Origin: Candidatus Hecatellales archaeon B24
GTDB taxonomy: Archaea > Thermoproteota > Bathyarchaeia > Hecatellales > Hecatellaceae
DNA length: 37,703 nt
NCBI GenBank assembly: GCA_001593855.1
Contig: LUCC01000004.1
Coordinates: forward strand, 1 to 37,703
Reading direction: 5' to 3'
Below, one piece after another: positions 8,518-18,459 of the stretch. A model generated the notes under the pieces. The model was given only the letters and a program-made list of their open reading frames with translations, made no database searches and was not told the DNA's origin. The position numbers and the translations under genes are program-made. How positions within the stretch are numbered: position 1 is the first letter of the stretch; each line of letters opens with the position of its first letter.

Positions 8518-10045
8518 CTCCCCTTCTATTTTTACCTGCCTCCTGGAGGAGGGCGCTTATACCGCTTAGGAAGGCTTCAACGCTTGCCATCACAATGTCT
8601 CCTCTGGCTCCGCTTGCCGTAATGGTTTTGTTTCCCATTCTAACTCTTACGACAACTTCAACCACGGCGTCGGTTCCACCTGTAATAGACTTAACGTAGT
8701 AGTCTTCCAGCCTTATGTCAGCCACTTCTTTTCCCACCTTCCTTATAGCGTTGATAGCTGCGTCCACCGGCCCTACACCCGTGGCAGACTCAAGGATTTC
8801 CCTGCCGTTCACTTCAAGCCTAACAGAAGCTGTAGGCGTAACATTGTTTCCGGTGATTACCGTTAACTCCTTAAGCTTTATAGGTCTCACCACTGGTACG
8901 CCCATCACGGCTTCAGCTATAGCCCGCAGGTCAGCGTCCGTAACGGTTTTACCCATATCCCCCAGCTGCTTAACCCTGTTGAACACCTCCTTAAGCTGCT
9001 CCTGGCTTAGCTTCAGCCTCCAAGAGCGAAGCAGAGTTTCAATTCCAGCGGTTCCAGCATGTTTTCCAACTACAAACCTGCGTTTAACGCCTACAAGGTC
9101 GGGGGTTAAAGGCTCGTAGGTTGAAGGGCACTTAAGTATTCCGTCAACGTGTATTCCAGACTCATGGGTGAAAGCGTTTTCACCTACCACAGCCTTGTTG
9201 GGCTGAACCGGGATGCCTGTAAGCCTTGAAACAAGCCTTGAAACCTCGTAGATTTTACTGGTTTTAATCGTGGAGCGGACGCCTAGGAGGCATAGGGCTC
9301 CAACAACAACTTCCTCCAGCGGAGCGTTTCCAGCTCTCTCCCCAAGCCCGTTAATCGTAACATGCGCCTGAAGAGCACCAGCCCTCAAAGCTTGAAGCGT
9401 GTTAGCCGTGGCCATACCGAAATCGTTGTGGCAATGGGCGCTGACAGGCACACCCTTAAACTCGCTGCAGATTTCCGAGAAGAATTCGTAAGCCCTATCT
9501 GGGGTTAGAATTCCAACAGTGTCGCAGACGCAGAGGCTGTCCGCTCCTGCCTCCAGTCCTCTCCTGAAGAATTCCTTGAGAAATTTCATGTCACTTCTGG
9601 AGGCGTCTTCCGCTGAAAGTTCAACCAGCAGCCCGTGCTCCTTAGCGTAGTCTACACACCTCTCGGAAACCTCGAGAATTTCCTCCGTCTTCTTTTTAAC
9701 CTTATGCTCTAAGTGGATTGGAGATGTGGGAACTACCAGGTGTATTCCGTCAACATCTGCCTTAGCAGCTAGGTCTATGTCTTCTATCACAGCTCTGCTC
9801 ATACTGTAAATGTTCGCCTTCAAGCCTTCCTTAGCCATAAGTTTTAGAGCTTGAAAGTCTCCTTCCGAAACCCTGGCGAAGCCTCCTTCGATAATGTTTA
9901 CGCCGAGGCTGTCTAATGCTTTCGCTATTCTAAGCTTTCTGTCTGGGGTTAGAGAAACTCCGGGGGTTTGCTCTCCATCCCTTAGCGTAGTGTCGAAAAC
10001 CTTGAATTTCCGGGGTTTTCTGTTAGAAGCTAATAAAGCGACCAC
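8498..10045 (-). CDS. 2-isopropylmalate synthase / (R)-citramalate synthase family
   Basis: FDTTLRDGEQTPGV and HCHNDFGMATANTL HMGL-like motifs, plus a C-terminal LeuA-type regulatory domain. Substrate is not decidable by eye. Confidence 0.9.
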   Translation of the reverse strand: MVALLASNRKPRKFKVFDTTLRDGEQTPGVSLTPDRKLRIAKALDSLGVNIIEGGFARVSEGDFQALKLMAKEGLKANIYSMSRAVIEDIDLAAKADVDGIHLVVPTSPIHLEHKVKKKTEEILEVSERCVDYAKEHGLLVELSAEDASRSDMKFLKEFFRRGLEAGADSLCVCDTVGILTPDRAYEFFSEICSEFKGVPVSAHCHNDFGMATANTLQALRAGALQAHVTINGLGERAGNAPLEEVVVGALCLLGVRSTIKTSKIYEVSRLVSRLTGIPVQPNKAVVGENAFTHESGIHVDGILKCPSTYEPLTPDLVGVKRRFVVGKHAGTAGIETLLRSWRLKLSQEQLKEVFNRVKQLGDMGKTVTDADLRAIAEAVMGVPVVRPIKLKELTVITGNNVTPTASVRLEVNGREILESATGVGPVDAAINAIRKVGKEVADIRLEDYYVKSITGGTDAVVEVVVRVRMGNKTITASGARGDIVMASVEAFLSGISALLQEAGKNRRGASRKSP

Positions 10046-10108
10046 CCATCACATATCCCCTTCCGTCAAGCCTGAACGCTGAAAGCCTTCAAAACTATTC
10101 CATAGTAA

Positions 10109-10116
10109 CATATAAA
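10109..10116 (-). promoter_or_regulatory. TATA-like box for the LeuA/CimA gene
   Basis: The minus strand reads TTTATATG about 65 nt upstream of the start at 10045, immediately downstream of the tbp stop. Confidence 0.3.
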
Positions 10117-10117
10117 C

Positions 10118-10681
10118 TTAGTCCTCATAATGGATTATTTTCTCCTTCTCAAGTTTCACGTGAAGCTTGTTCACAGCCTCGTAGACTTCCTCCTCCTTCT
10201 TGGCTCCGGTGCATACTAGCTTCCCGCTGGAGAAGAGAAGGATTACCACTTTAGGGTTGTCCATCCGGTAAATCAACCCTGGAAACTGCTCAGGCTCATA
10301 CATAGTTTTGCTGAGCATGTAGGTTGCCTTCTCCAAGTCTATTTTTCCCCCCAGGCTTGCTGAAGCCACAATATTCTGAATTTGAATTTTAGGTTTCCCA
10401 ACGATGACTATCCCATGGCTTTTAAGCTCCTTAACCACTTTTTCCACGGCTTTAATGGCTAGGTTTTCAGATTTAGCTCCAGTACAAACCATTTTGCCTG
10501 AGCTAAAAATCAAGGTTGCAGTCTTAGGCTTTTTAAGCCTGAAAACAAGGCCTGGAAACTGTTCAGGCCGGTATTCAGCCATGGGGAAAAGCTTTGTTAT
10601 GGCTTCCAAGTCAACGTTGTGGTTGAGGACGGCGGAAGCAACCACGTTCTCAATATTTACAGTGGGCTTAACCTTAGGCAC
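10118..10681 (-). CDS. tbp: TATA-box binding protein
   Basis: Two direct repeats, each with ..YEPEQFPGL(V/I)(F/Y)R...P K...L(I/L)FSSGK(M/L)VCTGAKS/K.. GTG start preceded by GGTGGAGG. Confidence 0.97.
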   Translation of the reverse strand: MPKVKPTVNIENVVASAVLNHNVDLEAITKLFPMAEYRPEQFPGLVFRLKKPKTATLIFSSGKMVCTGAKSENLAIKAVEKVVKELKSHGIVIVGKPKIQIQNIVASASLGGKIDLEKATYMLSKTMYEPEQFPGLIYRMDNPKVVILLFSSGKLVCTGAKKEEEVYEAVNKLHVKLEKEKIIHYED

Positions 10682-10736
10682 CTAGGTTTTCCTCCACCTT
10701 AAGTTTATCCTAAGACAAATAAAGTTTCCCAACAAC

Positions 10737-10746
10737 AATATAAAAA
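10737..10746 (-). promoter_or_regulatory. TATA box for tbp
   Basis: The minus strand reads TTTTTATATT about 60 nt upstream of the GTG start. Confidence 0.4.
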
Positions 10747-10759
10747 CTGAACTCTACCC

Positions 10760-11281
10760 TTATTTCTTCCTTCCACGCTCCACTGCTACCCTGGCAAACT
10801 CAACTAGGTTAAGCACGACGAGAATAGCTATAATTATGCTTATAATGGTGAAGCCTAACTCGCTTTTGGCGAACATGAAAAGCCAGCCGAGCAGGGGGAT
10901 ACGGAGAACCACTTTACCCCTAATGTCTTCAGGCTTAACCAAGTAGCTGTCAGGCCCAGGATTATTATCTCCCTTAGTCCGGAAGCCTACAAGCTGATTG
11001 TTTTCGTCGTATACCACCTGGTATATCCGGTGGACCCAAGGGTCTTTACTGTAGGGAGTATCGAAAACTATGATGGGTTTATCTTTAAGGCTGTTGTATT
11101 CCTGAACAAGCTGTTCAGGGGTTACACGCTTAAGGACGATGAGGTCTCCAACCATGAGAGTTGGCTCCATGCTCCTGCTCGGAACATAGTAAACGCTTTT
11201 GGTGTAAGTTAAAGTAAGCCACAGTCCTGAAAGCACCAAAACAATCAGCAGCACGGTTTTGAAGGATTTATCTTCTTTCAT
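10760..11281 (-). CDS. signal peptidase I (archaeal/ER S26B type)
   Basis: N-terminal TM helix, SRSMEPTL catalytic Ser box, GDLIVLK, HR, GDNN box, C-terminal TM helix. Confidence 0.85.
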   Translation of the reverse strand: MKEDKSFKTVLLIVLVLSGLWLTLTYTKSVYYVPSRSMEPTLMVGDLIVLKRVTPEQLVQEYNSLKDKPIIVFDTPYSKDPWVHRIYQVVYDENNQLVGFRTKGDNNPGPDSYLVKPEDIRGKVVLRIPLLGWLFMFAKSELGFTIISIIIAILVVLNLVEFARVAVERGRKK

Positions 11282-11353
11282 CCCCGTTAACCCTTAAACC
11301 CTCGATGCTTCCAGGTTCATCCTACCCCTGTAGAATAGTTATTAAAAGAGTTT

Positions 11354-14251
11354 ATGGTTTTCCCTAGGAGGGGGCTGATGAAGCAGAGGGGCGGAGAAAA
11401 CGTTTTCTCCCTGCTGGTTAAACCCTTAAGGAAAGCCGTAAAGGAGAGAGGCTTCTCCAGTCCAACCCAGCCTCAAAGAGAAGCCATCCCCCCAATCTTG
11501 GAAGGCGAAAACGTCCTGTTAATAGCTCCCACCGGAACGGGGAAAACTGAGGCGGCAATTCTACCCATCCTCAACAATTTCCTTTTAATGCCTGAGAAGC
11601 CTCTGGGAGTGAAAATCCTGTACATCACGCCTTTAAGAGCCTTAAACAGAGACCTTCTGGAAAGGCTTGAATGGTGGTGTAACAAGCTTGACATCAAAGT
11701 GGCTGTCAGACATGGGGACACCGAGGTTGGAGAGCGGAGCAGGCAGGCCAGAAGCCCCCCCGACATGCTTATAACCACTCCTGAAACCCTTCAAGCCATC
11801 CTGCCAGGCAGGGTGATGCGCCGCCACCTCAAAGCCGTGAGATGGGTTATCGTAGACGAGGTTCACGAGCTAGCCTGCGACAAGCGTGGAGCCCAGCTTG
11901 CCCTAGGCCTTGAAAGGCTTAGAAGGATTGTAGGATTCGACTTCCAGCGGGTGGGGCTTTCAGCAACCATAGGCTCCCCTGAAAGGGTTGCCCGTTTCCT
12001 CGTAGGCTCCAACCGCCCCTACAAAATCGTCAAGGTTCCAGTAGCAAGAGACATGAGCCTCCAAGTGCTCTACGTCAAGCCTGAACCTGGAGACGAGGAG
12101 GCAGCTGCTAAACTTTACACGCATCCTGAGGTTGCGGCGAGGCTTAGGGTTATCCGCAGCCTCATAGAGAAGCACGGCTCGGTGCTGCTGTTCACTAACA
12201 CCCGTGCTGTAGCCGAGGTTCTGGCAAGCCGCTTCAAGGTTTGGGACTTAGATTTCCCCGTAAGTATTCACCACGGAAGCCTTGCTAAGCCCTCCCGGAT
12301 AATGGCTGAGCAGGGGCTGAAGTCTGGAAGCCTTAAAGGGCTTGTGTGCACCAGCTCCCTAGAGCTTGGAATAGACGTGGGAAGAGTGGACCTGGTTATC
12401 CAGTATAACTCGCCTAGGCAGGTTACAAGGCTTATCCAGCGGGTTGGAAGAAGCGGCCACAAGATTGGCAGGATATCTAAGGGAGTCGTCATAACGCTGG
12501 ACTCCGACGACACCATGGAGGCCATGGTTATCGCTAGGAGGGCGCTGGCTGAAGAGTTGGAGCCAGTTCAGATACCTGAAAAGCCCTACGACGCCTTATG
12601 CCATCAGCTGGCAGGGCTTCTAACCGAGCGGAACCGCTGGAGGTATCTGGAGGTCTTAGAGGTCTTCGGCAGAGCCTACCCCTACGAGGGCCTCACCTCA
12701 ACGGACCTAGAGAAGGTTTTATCCTACATGCATGACAGGTATCCGAGGCTTGCCTGGGTTGCCTTCGAAGACAAGGTTTTCCTTCGCCCCCAACGCTTGA
12801 AAAGCCTCTACGAATACTACTTTGGAAATCTCTCCATGATCCCCGACGAGAAACAGTATCTGGTAGTAGACCAGACTACGGACACCCCTGTAGGCGTCCT
12901 AGATGAAGCCTTCGTAGCCGAGTACGGTGAGCCTGGAATCAAGTTTATCGTTAGGGGAAGCCCCTGGAAGATAACCGCTGTCTACGGGGACCGCATATAC
13001 GTTAAGCCTGTGAACGACCCCACCGGGGCTATTCCAAGCTGGGTTGGAGAGGAAATCCCTGTCCCCCTAGAGGTCGCCTTAGAGGTTGGAGCCATCCGAA
13101 GGTTCGTGGAAGAGCAGGTTAAAGCCGGGGTAAAGGAGAAAGAAATAGTTAGAGAGCTCTCAGCCAGGTATCCGGCTTCCCCCTCAACGGTGTTCGAAGC
13201 CATCCGGGAGGTTGTCGAGCAGGCTGAGAAAGGATTTCCCATCCCCACAGACAAGCTGATAACAGTTGAAGAGTGGCGGGGCTACCTCATCGTTCAATGC
13301 TGCTTCGGAACCCTTGTAAACCGGACGCTTGCCAGAGTTATAGGCCAAATCCTATCCGAAGAATATGGTGAAGACGTAAGAGTTCAGGAGGACCCCTACC
13401 GGATAGTGGTTGAAAAGGCGGGAGGCCTCACAGGAGAAGCCATGAAAAGCCTCCTCCTAGAGCTTCCAAGCAGAGACGTGAAACGCATAGCCCTAGAGGC
13501 AGCTGCAAAGACAGGCCTCTTTAAGCACAGGCTAATCCACGTTGCAAGAAAGTTTGGAGCCGTCGCCAAGGGTGCAGACTTCACAGACTTCAGCCTCCGC
13601 CAGCTTGTCAGAAGCTTTGAAAACACGGTGGTCTTCGAGGAGGCTCTGAAAGACATGGAAGCCAACGACATGGACCTGCCTGGCCTCCTCCACGTTTTAG
13701 AGCTTATACGTGAAGGCGAAATAAGGGTTGCCACGGTCAAGAAGCGTAGGGTTCCAACCCCCATAGCCAGAATAGGCATTCAGAGGATAAGCAGGAAAAC
13801 CGATATCATTCCGTCTGAGAAGCTTAAGGGAATCCTCGTGGAGTCTGCTAGGGCAAGACTTCTGAACGAAGCCCTAATCCTAACATGTGTAAACTGCTGG
13901 GAGTACGTGGAAAACGTCAGAGTTAAAAATCTTCCCGACCCCATCCAGTGTCCCTGCTGCGGCTCAGCCAGGGTGGGCATGGTTAAAGAGGCCCTAGAAG
14001 ACGTGCGGAGAATCGCCGAGAAGAGGGGTAGAAACCTTAAAGGAAGGGAGCAGCGGATTTTGAACACGGCCCTAGAGGCAGCTGAACTCGTAGAACGCTA
14101 CGGTTTTCCAGCGGCTGTAGCCCTCGCAGGCCACAGGCTGAAGCCTAAAGACGTTGAAAGCATACTTGAAAGAGAGCCTCAGCTTGGAGAACGCTTCTAC
14201 GAGCTGATTATAGAAGCTGAAAGAGAAGCCTTAAAGCGGAGGTTCTGGTAG
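11354..14251 (+). CDS. Lhr-family ATP-dependent DNA helicase
   Basis: APTGTGKTEAA (motif I), VDEVHE (motif II), SAT, and a long DEAD/H-associated C-terminal region with a CVNC...CPCCG zinc ribbon. ATG 11378 (after GGAGGGGG) may be the true start. Confidence 0.9.
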   Translation: MVFPRRGLMKQRGGENVFSLLVKPLRKAVKERGFSSPTQPQREAIPPILEGENVLLIAPTGTGKTEAAILPILNNFLLMPEKPLGVKILYITPLRALNRDLLERLEWWCNKLDIKVAVRHGDTEVGERSRQARSPPDMLITTPETLQAILPGRVMRRHLKAVRWVIVDEVHELACDKRGAQLALGLERLRRIVGFDFQRVGLSATIGSPERVARFLVGSNRPYKIVKVPVARDMSLQVLYVKPEPGDEEAAAKLYTHPEVAARLRVIRSLIEKHGSVLLFTNTRAVAEVLASRFKVWDLDFPVSIHHGSLAKPSRIMAEQGLKSGSLKGLVCTSSLELGIDVGRVDLVIQYNSPRQVTRLIQRVGRSGHKIGRISKGVVITLDSDDTMEAMVIARRALAEELEPVQIPEKPYDALCHQLAGLLTERNRWRYLEVLEVFGRAYPYEGLTSTDLEKVLSYMHDRYPRLAWVAFEDKVFLRPQRLKSLYEYYFGNLSMIPDEKQYLVVDQTTDTPVGVLDEAFVAEYGEPGIKFIVRGSPWKITAVYGDRIYVKPVNDPTGAIPSWVGEEIPVPLEVALEVGAIRRFVEEQVKAGVKEKEIVRELSARYPASPSTVFEAIREVVEQAEKGFPIPTDKLITVEEWRGYLIVQCCFGTLVNRTLARVIGQILSEEYGEDVRVQEDPYRIVVEKAGGLTGEAMKSLLLELPSRDVKRIALEAAAKTGLFKHRLIHVARKFGAVAKGADFTDFSLRQLVRSFENTVVFEEALKDMEANDMDLPGLLHVLELIREGEIRVATVKKRRVPTPIARIGIQRISRKTDIIPSEKLKGILVESARARLLNEALILTCVNCWEYVENVRVKNLPDPIQCPCCGSARVGMVKEALEDVRRIAEKRGRNLKGREQRILNTALEAAELVERYGFPAAVALAGHRLKPKDVESILEREPQLGERFYELIIEAEREALKRRFW

Positions 14252-14255
14252 AGCC

Positions 14256-14891
14256 TTGAAAGCCAGAGGAGTCCTAGTGCTGGCTGGAGGTGAAAGCAGA
14301 AGGCTTAAGGTTCCATGCAAGGCTCTGCTTGACTTCGGAGGCCAGCCTCTCATAGCCCGCGTGGTAAGCCAAGCCTTAAAAGTTTCCAGCCTAATCGTAG
14401 TGTCCCTGGCTAAAAACACCAGCCCAGCAGACTTCCGAAGAGTGCTTCCAGGCGAAGTTGAATTTGTTAAAGACCGGTTTGAAGGTTTAGGCCCCCTAGA
14501 AGGCTTCCGCCATGGAATGAAAAGGCTTGGCGAGCTTGGTGTAGAGTATGCTCTGGCTTTAGCCTGCGACCTCCCATTCCTGAACGTTGAAGCCTTAAGC
14601 TTCATGCTGGAGGAAGCGGAGAAGCTTGGGGTGGAAGCCTTAATTCCACGGTGGCCTAATGGCTTCACTGAGGCCCTTCACAGCGTATACCAGCCTGAAC
14701 CCATGGGTAAAGCTTCAGATGAAGCCTTAAACGCCGGTCAACACCTGATAATGGACGCTGTTAAAAGGCTTAAGCAGGTTTTCTACTTGGATGTGGACAG
14801 GCTTAGAAGATTTGACCCCCAGCTTTCAACTTTAACCAACATAAACACGAGGCAGGACCTGGAAGAGGCTCTGGCAAAGCTTAAAGGCTAA
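14256..14891 (+). CDS. mobA: molybdenum cofactor guanylyltransferase (MobA-like)
   Basis: GVLVLAGGESRRL nucleotide-binding loop, GPLEG, ACDLPFL motif. Confidence 0.75.
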   Translation: MKARGVLVLAGGESRRLKVPCKALLDFGGQPLIARVVSQALKVSSLIVVSLAKNTSPADFRRVLPGEVEFVKDRFEGLGPLEGFRHGMKRLGELGVEYALALACDLPFLNVEALSFMLEEAEKLGVEALIPRWPNGFTEALHSVYQPEPMGKASDEALNAGQHLIMDAVKRLKQVFYLDVDRLRRFDPQLSTLTNINTRQDLEEALAKLKG

Positions 14892-14930
14892 AATGTGGTT
14901 CTCCCAGAGAATAACTTCGGAGGCTTAATC

Positions 14931-16019
14931 ATGGTTAGAGTTGCAGGCGTCGACCCTGGAACAGGAAGCTTCGACGTATGCATTCTCGAAGATGGAAGCT
15001 TCATCCACGGAGAAACACTTCCAACAGGCGAAGTCTTCCGCAGGCCAGAGCTCCTAGTGGAATGCCTGGCCAAGGCCGGTCCCTTAGACCTTATCGCAGG
15101 CCCCTCCGGCCACGGTCTTCCGCTGAAGCCTCTATCGCAGGCGGGCGACAGCGAGCTTAGGCTGGCAGCCTTAGTTAAAAGCCGGAGGGCTGAAAGCACT
15201 CTAGGGCTTCGAAGGGTTCTCGGTAAGCTTAAGTCTTCAGGACTGCCCGTGGTGATGCTGCCTTCAGTTAAATACCTGCCAACGGTTCCAGTCCACCGGA
15301 AAATTAACAGGGTCGACCTTGGAACGGCTGACAAGCTCTGCGTGGCAGCCCTCGGAATAGCCGACCAGGCTGAAAGGCAGGGTGTTTCCTTCAGCAGAAC
15401 CTCTTTCATCCTTGCCGAGCTTGGCTTCGCCTTCACAGCTCTCCTCGCCGTTAGAAAAGGAGCTGTGATAGCAGGCTTAGGCGGAACCGTGGGAAGCCTG
15501 GGCTTTCTTTCTCCTGGAGGCCTAGACGGGGAGGTCGCCTATCTGCTTGGTAGGGTTTCAAAGAAAACCCTTATTGGAGGGGGCGCCTTCCACGCTTCAG
15601 GGCTTCCCCAGCCTGAGCCTGAAAGGCTGGCTTCTGAAGCCTTGAAAGGAGAGCCGCAGTGCAGGGCTGCCTGGGAAGCCTACATGGAAGGCTTAGCTGG
15701 AAACGTAGCCTACCTAACCGCCGCCACAGGAAAACCAAGGGAAATACTTGTCTCCGGAAGGCTTTCAAGGGTTAAGCCGTTCTTTGCGGAGGCTTCTAAA
15801 AGGCTGAAAAGGTTTGCCCCAGTTAGGAGGCTGGAGGGCTTCACTGGGAAGGTTAAGCAGGCTGCTCAGGGTGCCGCCCTTCTAGCCGACGGGCTGGCTG
15901 GGGGAAAATATGAAGGCTTAATAGAGTGTTTAAGGCTGAGGGAGGCTGGAGGAGGCCTCCTAGACTATATCCACCTTGAAGGCTTCAGCAAGGTTAAACG
16001 TAGAATGCTTAGGGGCTAG
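14931..16019 (+). CDS. DUF1464-family ASKHA (actin/sugar-kinase fold) protein
   Basis: The N-terminal phosphate-1-like motif VAGVDPGTGSFDV is typical of the COG2441 predicted-kinase family. GGAGG lies 7 nt upstream of ATG 14931. The track start GTG 14895 is probably over-extended. Confidence 0.6.
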   Translation: MVRVAGVDPGTGSFDVCILEDGSFIHGETLPTGEVFRRPELLVECLAKAGPLDLIAGPSGHGLPLKPLSQAGDSELRLAALVKSRRAESTLGLRRVLGKLKSSGLPVVMLPSVKYLPTVPVHRKINRVDLGTADKLCVAALGIADQAERQGVSFSRTSFILAELGFAFTALLAVRKGAVIAGLGGTVGSLGFLSPGGLDGEVAYLLGRVSKKTLIGGGAFHASGLPQPEPERLASEALKGEPQCRAAWEAYMEGLAGNVAYLTAATGKPREILVSGRLSRVKPFFAEASKRLKRFAPVRRLEGFTGKVKQAAQGAALLADGLAGGKYEGLIECLRLREAGGGLLDYIHLEGFSKVKRRMLRG

Positions 16020-16690
16020 AAGAGCTCCCTGCAAGCCTCCAGTTTGAAGCCGTACCTTGAAAGGATGGAGGCAAGCTTCTCCATGGTCTCTTCAGCTTCT
16101 GAGCCTGGGGCAACCCTGCTTACGAGGCTTCTGTAGCCGGCTATAAGCCTTGCAAGCCTGTCAGCTTCGCCTCTTCTTCCAGCCTTGGAATACGCCAGAA
16201 CTCTCGTAGCGTGGATTATGCTTTCCACAGCCGCAAATCCGGCTCTGCAGTAGGCTTCAGGAAGCCTTGGAAGGGCTTTAACCCTCAGAATTCTGCCCTT
16301 AAACAGCCCCCTACCCTCAAAGGCTTCTCCGCTGGAAATTTCAACTTCAAGCCAGCCGTAGGCATTCCTAAGCCTCGGCGCCTTAACCTTCAAAGCTGGC
16401 AGGAAGATGTCTTCAGGAAGCTCTCCGACCTCTGGCTCACCCTTGAAGGCTGTGGAAAGGAAAAGCTTGGGGCTGCCTGTAAGGTTAACCGTGCACTGCC
16501 TTTGGCTTTCAAGGTTGCGGTAGGTCCAGGTTTCAACGTAGGGCCTGATGACGATGGTATCCCATCCCTCTAGGAGAACCCCCATGGGAGCTGCGTGGGG
16601 CTTCCCCTCAGCGGTATAGCTGGCGACTATAACCTCGACGATTCGGCCTGGCTGAAGTCCAAGCTTTCTCAAGGTTTCAGGAGAAACCAA
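16016..16690 (-). CDS. DUF447-family protein (split-barrel-like, H4MPT-associated family)
   Basis: 224 aa. The N-terminal pattern EVIVASY..EGKPHAAPMGV....IRPY..T.TYRNL is as remembered for DUF447. Family assignment is from memory only. Confidence 0.55.
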   Translation of the reverse strand: MVSPETLRKLGLQPGRIVEVIVASYTAEGKPHAAPMGVLLEGWDTIVIRPYVETWTYRNLESQRQCTVNLTGSPKLFLSTAFKGEPEVGELPEDIFLPALKVKAPRLRNAYGWLEVEISSGEAFEGRGLFKGRILRVKALPRLPEAYCRAGFAAVESIIHATRVLAYSKAGRRGEADRLARLIAGYRSLVSRVAPGSEAEETMEKLASILSRYGFKLEACRELF

Positions 16691-16749
16691 GGTTTCACCC
16701 TAAACTTTTACTTGGCGTAGGGGTTTAGAAGCCTTTAGGTTGCTTAGGC

Positions 16750-17529
16750 TTGAACATGAAGGTTTGGCTTCCCCGCTACAGGCGTATCGCAAACCTGTTA
16801 GGGTTAAGCATGGAAGCCGACTGGAAGGCCACTCTAAGGCTTGCCAGGCTGGCGGAAGGTAAAGCCGTAAAGCCATCAGAGGCAGCGAAGAGAATCTCCG
16901 GTAGAACCGTTTTCATCTTCGGGGCGGGGCCGTCTTTGGAGGCAGACCTTGAAAGGCTTTCCAAGGTAAACCTTCTCGGGCATGGGGTTTCCGTAGCTGC
17001 TGACGGAGCCACTTCAGCTCTCCTAGCCTTCAAAAAGGTTCCAAGCCTAGTGGTTTCCGACCTGGATGGAAGGGTCGGAGACCTTTTAAGGGCGGAAAGG
17101 CTTGGAGCCCTCATGGTTGTGCAAGGGCATGGCGACAACGTTGAAAGGCTTAACAGGCTTCTGCCAAAGTTTAGAAGGTTTCTGGCGACAACCCAGGTTA
17201 AACCTGTGAGAGGGCTTGTATATAATTTCGGAGGCTTCACCGACGGGGACAGAGCGGCTTTCCTAGCTGAAGCCCTGAAAGCCAGGCGGATAGTCCTAGC
17301 CGGAATGGACCTTGGCGAAACCGTTGGAAGGTTTTCCAAGCCCTGGCTTAAGGGTGAAGTTAAAGCCTCCCAGGCGAAAAAGGTTAAACTTGAAATCGCC
17401 CAGGAGCTTTTAGGCTGGCTGGCAGGCTGGGCTAAAGCGGAAATCTTAAACTTCACTCTGAAAGGCGAAGACATACCTGGCGTTAGAAGGATAAGCTTGA
17501 AAGGGCTTAAACGGCTTCTGAAGGCCTAG
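16750..17529 (+). CDS. mptE: 6-hydroxymethyl-7,8-dihydropterin pyrophosphokinase, archaeal MptE type (DUF115)
   Basis: VFIFGAGPSL...VAADGATSALL....PSLVVSDLDG......VVQGHGDN pattern characteristic of MptE/DUF115. Confidence 0.7.
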   Translation: MNMKVWLPRYRRIANLLGLSMEADWKATLRLARLAEGKAVKPSEAAKRISGRTVFIFGAGPSLEADLERLSKVNLLGHGVSVAADGATSALLAFKKVPSLVVSDLDGRVGDLLRAERLGALMVVQGHGDNVERLNRLLPKFRRFLATTQVKPVRGLVYNFGGFTDGDRAAFLAEALKARRIVLAGMDLGETVGRFSKPWLKGEVKASQAKKVKLEIAQELLGWLAGWAKAEILNFTLKGEDIPGVRRISLKGLKRLLKA

Positions 17530-18364
17530 CTTCAACGTCCAGAACTATCTGATACCACCGAGGGCCAACGCTCCTAACAACTCTTCCAAACGCAGCCTTC
17601 AACCTAAAGCCCTCAAGGCTTCTTGGGATAAGCTTAAAGGCTTCGGTTAAAGCTTCCCCGCGGCCGGCTGCCTGAACGAAATCATAGTAATGAATCCATC
17701 CTCCCTGAGGTTTTAGGGCTTGAAGAGCGTAGGGCAGATATTCTCTGGCTTTCGCTGGGAGAGGCATGAGAACTCTGTCTGCCTGGCCTTTAAGCTTTTC
17801 CACCACGGTTTTAGCGTCGCCAAGCACGGGCTTAACAACTCCTATAAGCCTGTTAAGCAGGATGTTTTCCAGCATGTAACGGTATGCTTGAGGGTTCAAG
17901 TCTACAGAGTAAACCTTTGCGGGCTTGGCCTTCCTAGCGATTACTATGCTGAAGCATCCTACCCCCGCGAACATGTTGACAACGGTTTCTCCAGGCTGGA
18001 CGAGCCTGGCTACCCTGATTCTTTCATACTGAAGCCTAGGCGAAAAATAGGTTCGGGCAATGTCTGCTTTAAAAAGGCATCCATGCTCCCTGTGAACGGT
18101 TTCCGTCCGGCTTTCTCCGGCTAGATGCTGCAGCCTCCTAAGCCTGAACTCTCCCTCCACGGGTGAAGCCTGGCTGAAAACTGCTTTAACGTTGCCGTGA
18201 ACCTGCATGATGGCTTCCGCAAGTCTTCCTCCCAAAGGCTTAAGTCCGGGTGGAAGCCTTATGACGGCTAGGTCTCCTATAATTTCAAGGGAAGACTTAA
18301 GTTCGGCTGCTTCGCTCTCGGAGAGCAGGCTTTTAAGCTTCTCCTTTAAGCCTTTCCCACGCAA
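17507..18364 (-). CDS. Trm5/Taw2-family (Met-10+ like) SAM-dependent tRNA-modifying transferase
   Basis: Class I SAM motif VNMFAGVGCFSIVIA, VYSVDLNPQAY, and a Met-10+ style N-terminal region. At 285 aa it could be either short Trm5 or Taw2. Confidence 0.8.
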   Translation of the reverse strand: MRGKGLKEKLKSLLSESEAAELKSSLEIIGDLAVIRLPPGLKPLGGRLAEAIMQVHGNVKAVFSQASPVEGEFRLRRLQHLAGESRTETVHREHGCLFKADIARTYFSPRLQYERIRVARLVQPGETVVNMFAGVGCFSIVIARKAKPAKVYSVDLNPQAYRYMLENILLNRLIGVVKPVLGDAKTVVEKLKGQADRVLMPLPAKAREYLPYALQALKPQGGWIHYYDFVQAAGRGEALTEAFKLIPRSLEGFRLKAAFGRVVRSVGPRWYQIVLDVEARPSEAV

Positions 18365-18459
18365 GCCTTAAGCCCCCGCAGGCTTGGAAAGGTTTATTAG
18401 GCTTATTTGAGCCAGCCTTTAAGCTGGGTTAACCGTCTGGGAACGGGAGGCATGGCAGG

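Noticed and set aside
16776-17474. 232-aa minus-strand ORF antisense to mptE
   Set aside because: Its composition is Ser/Pro/Arg/Ala-rich, typical of shadow frames, while the plus frame carries the MptE motifs. The same reasoning applies to 14231-14668, 14888-15436, 13396-13779, 26020-26553 and 8715-9119.
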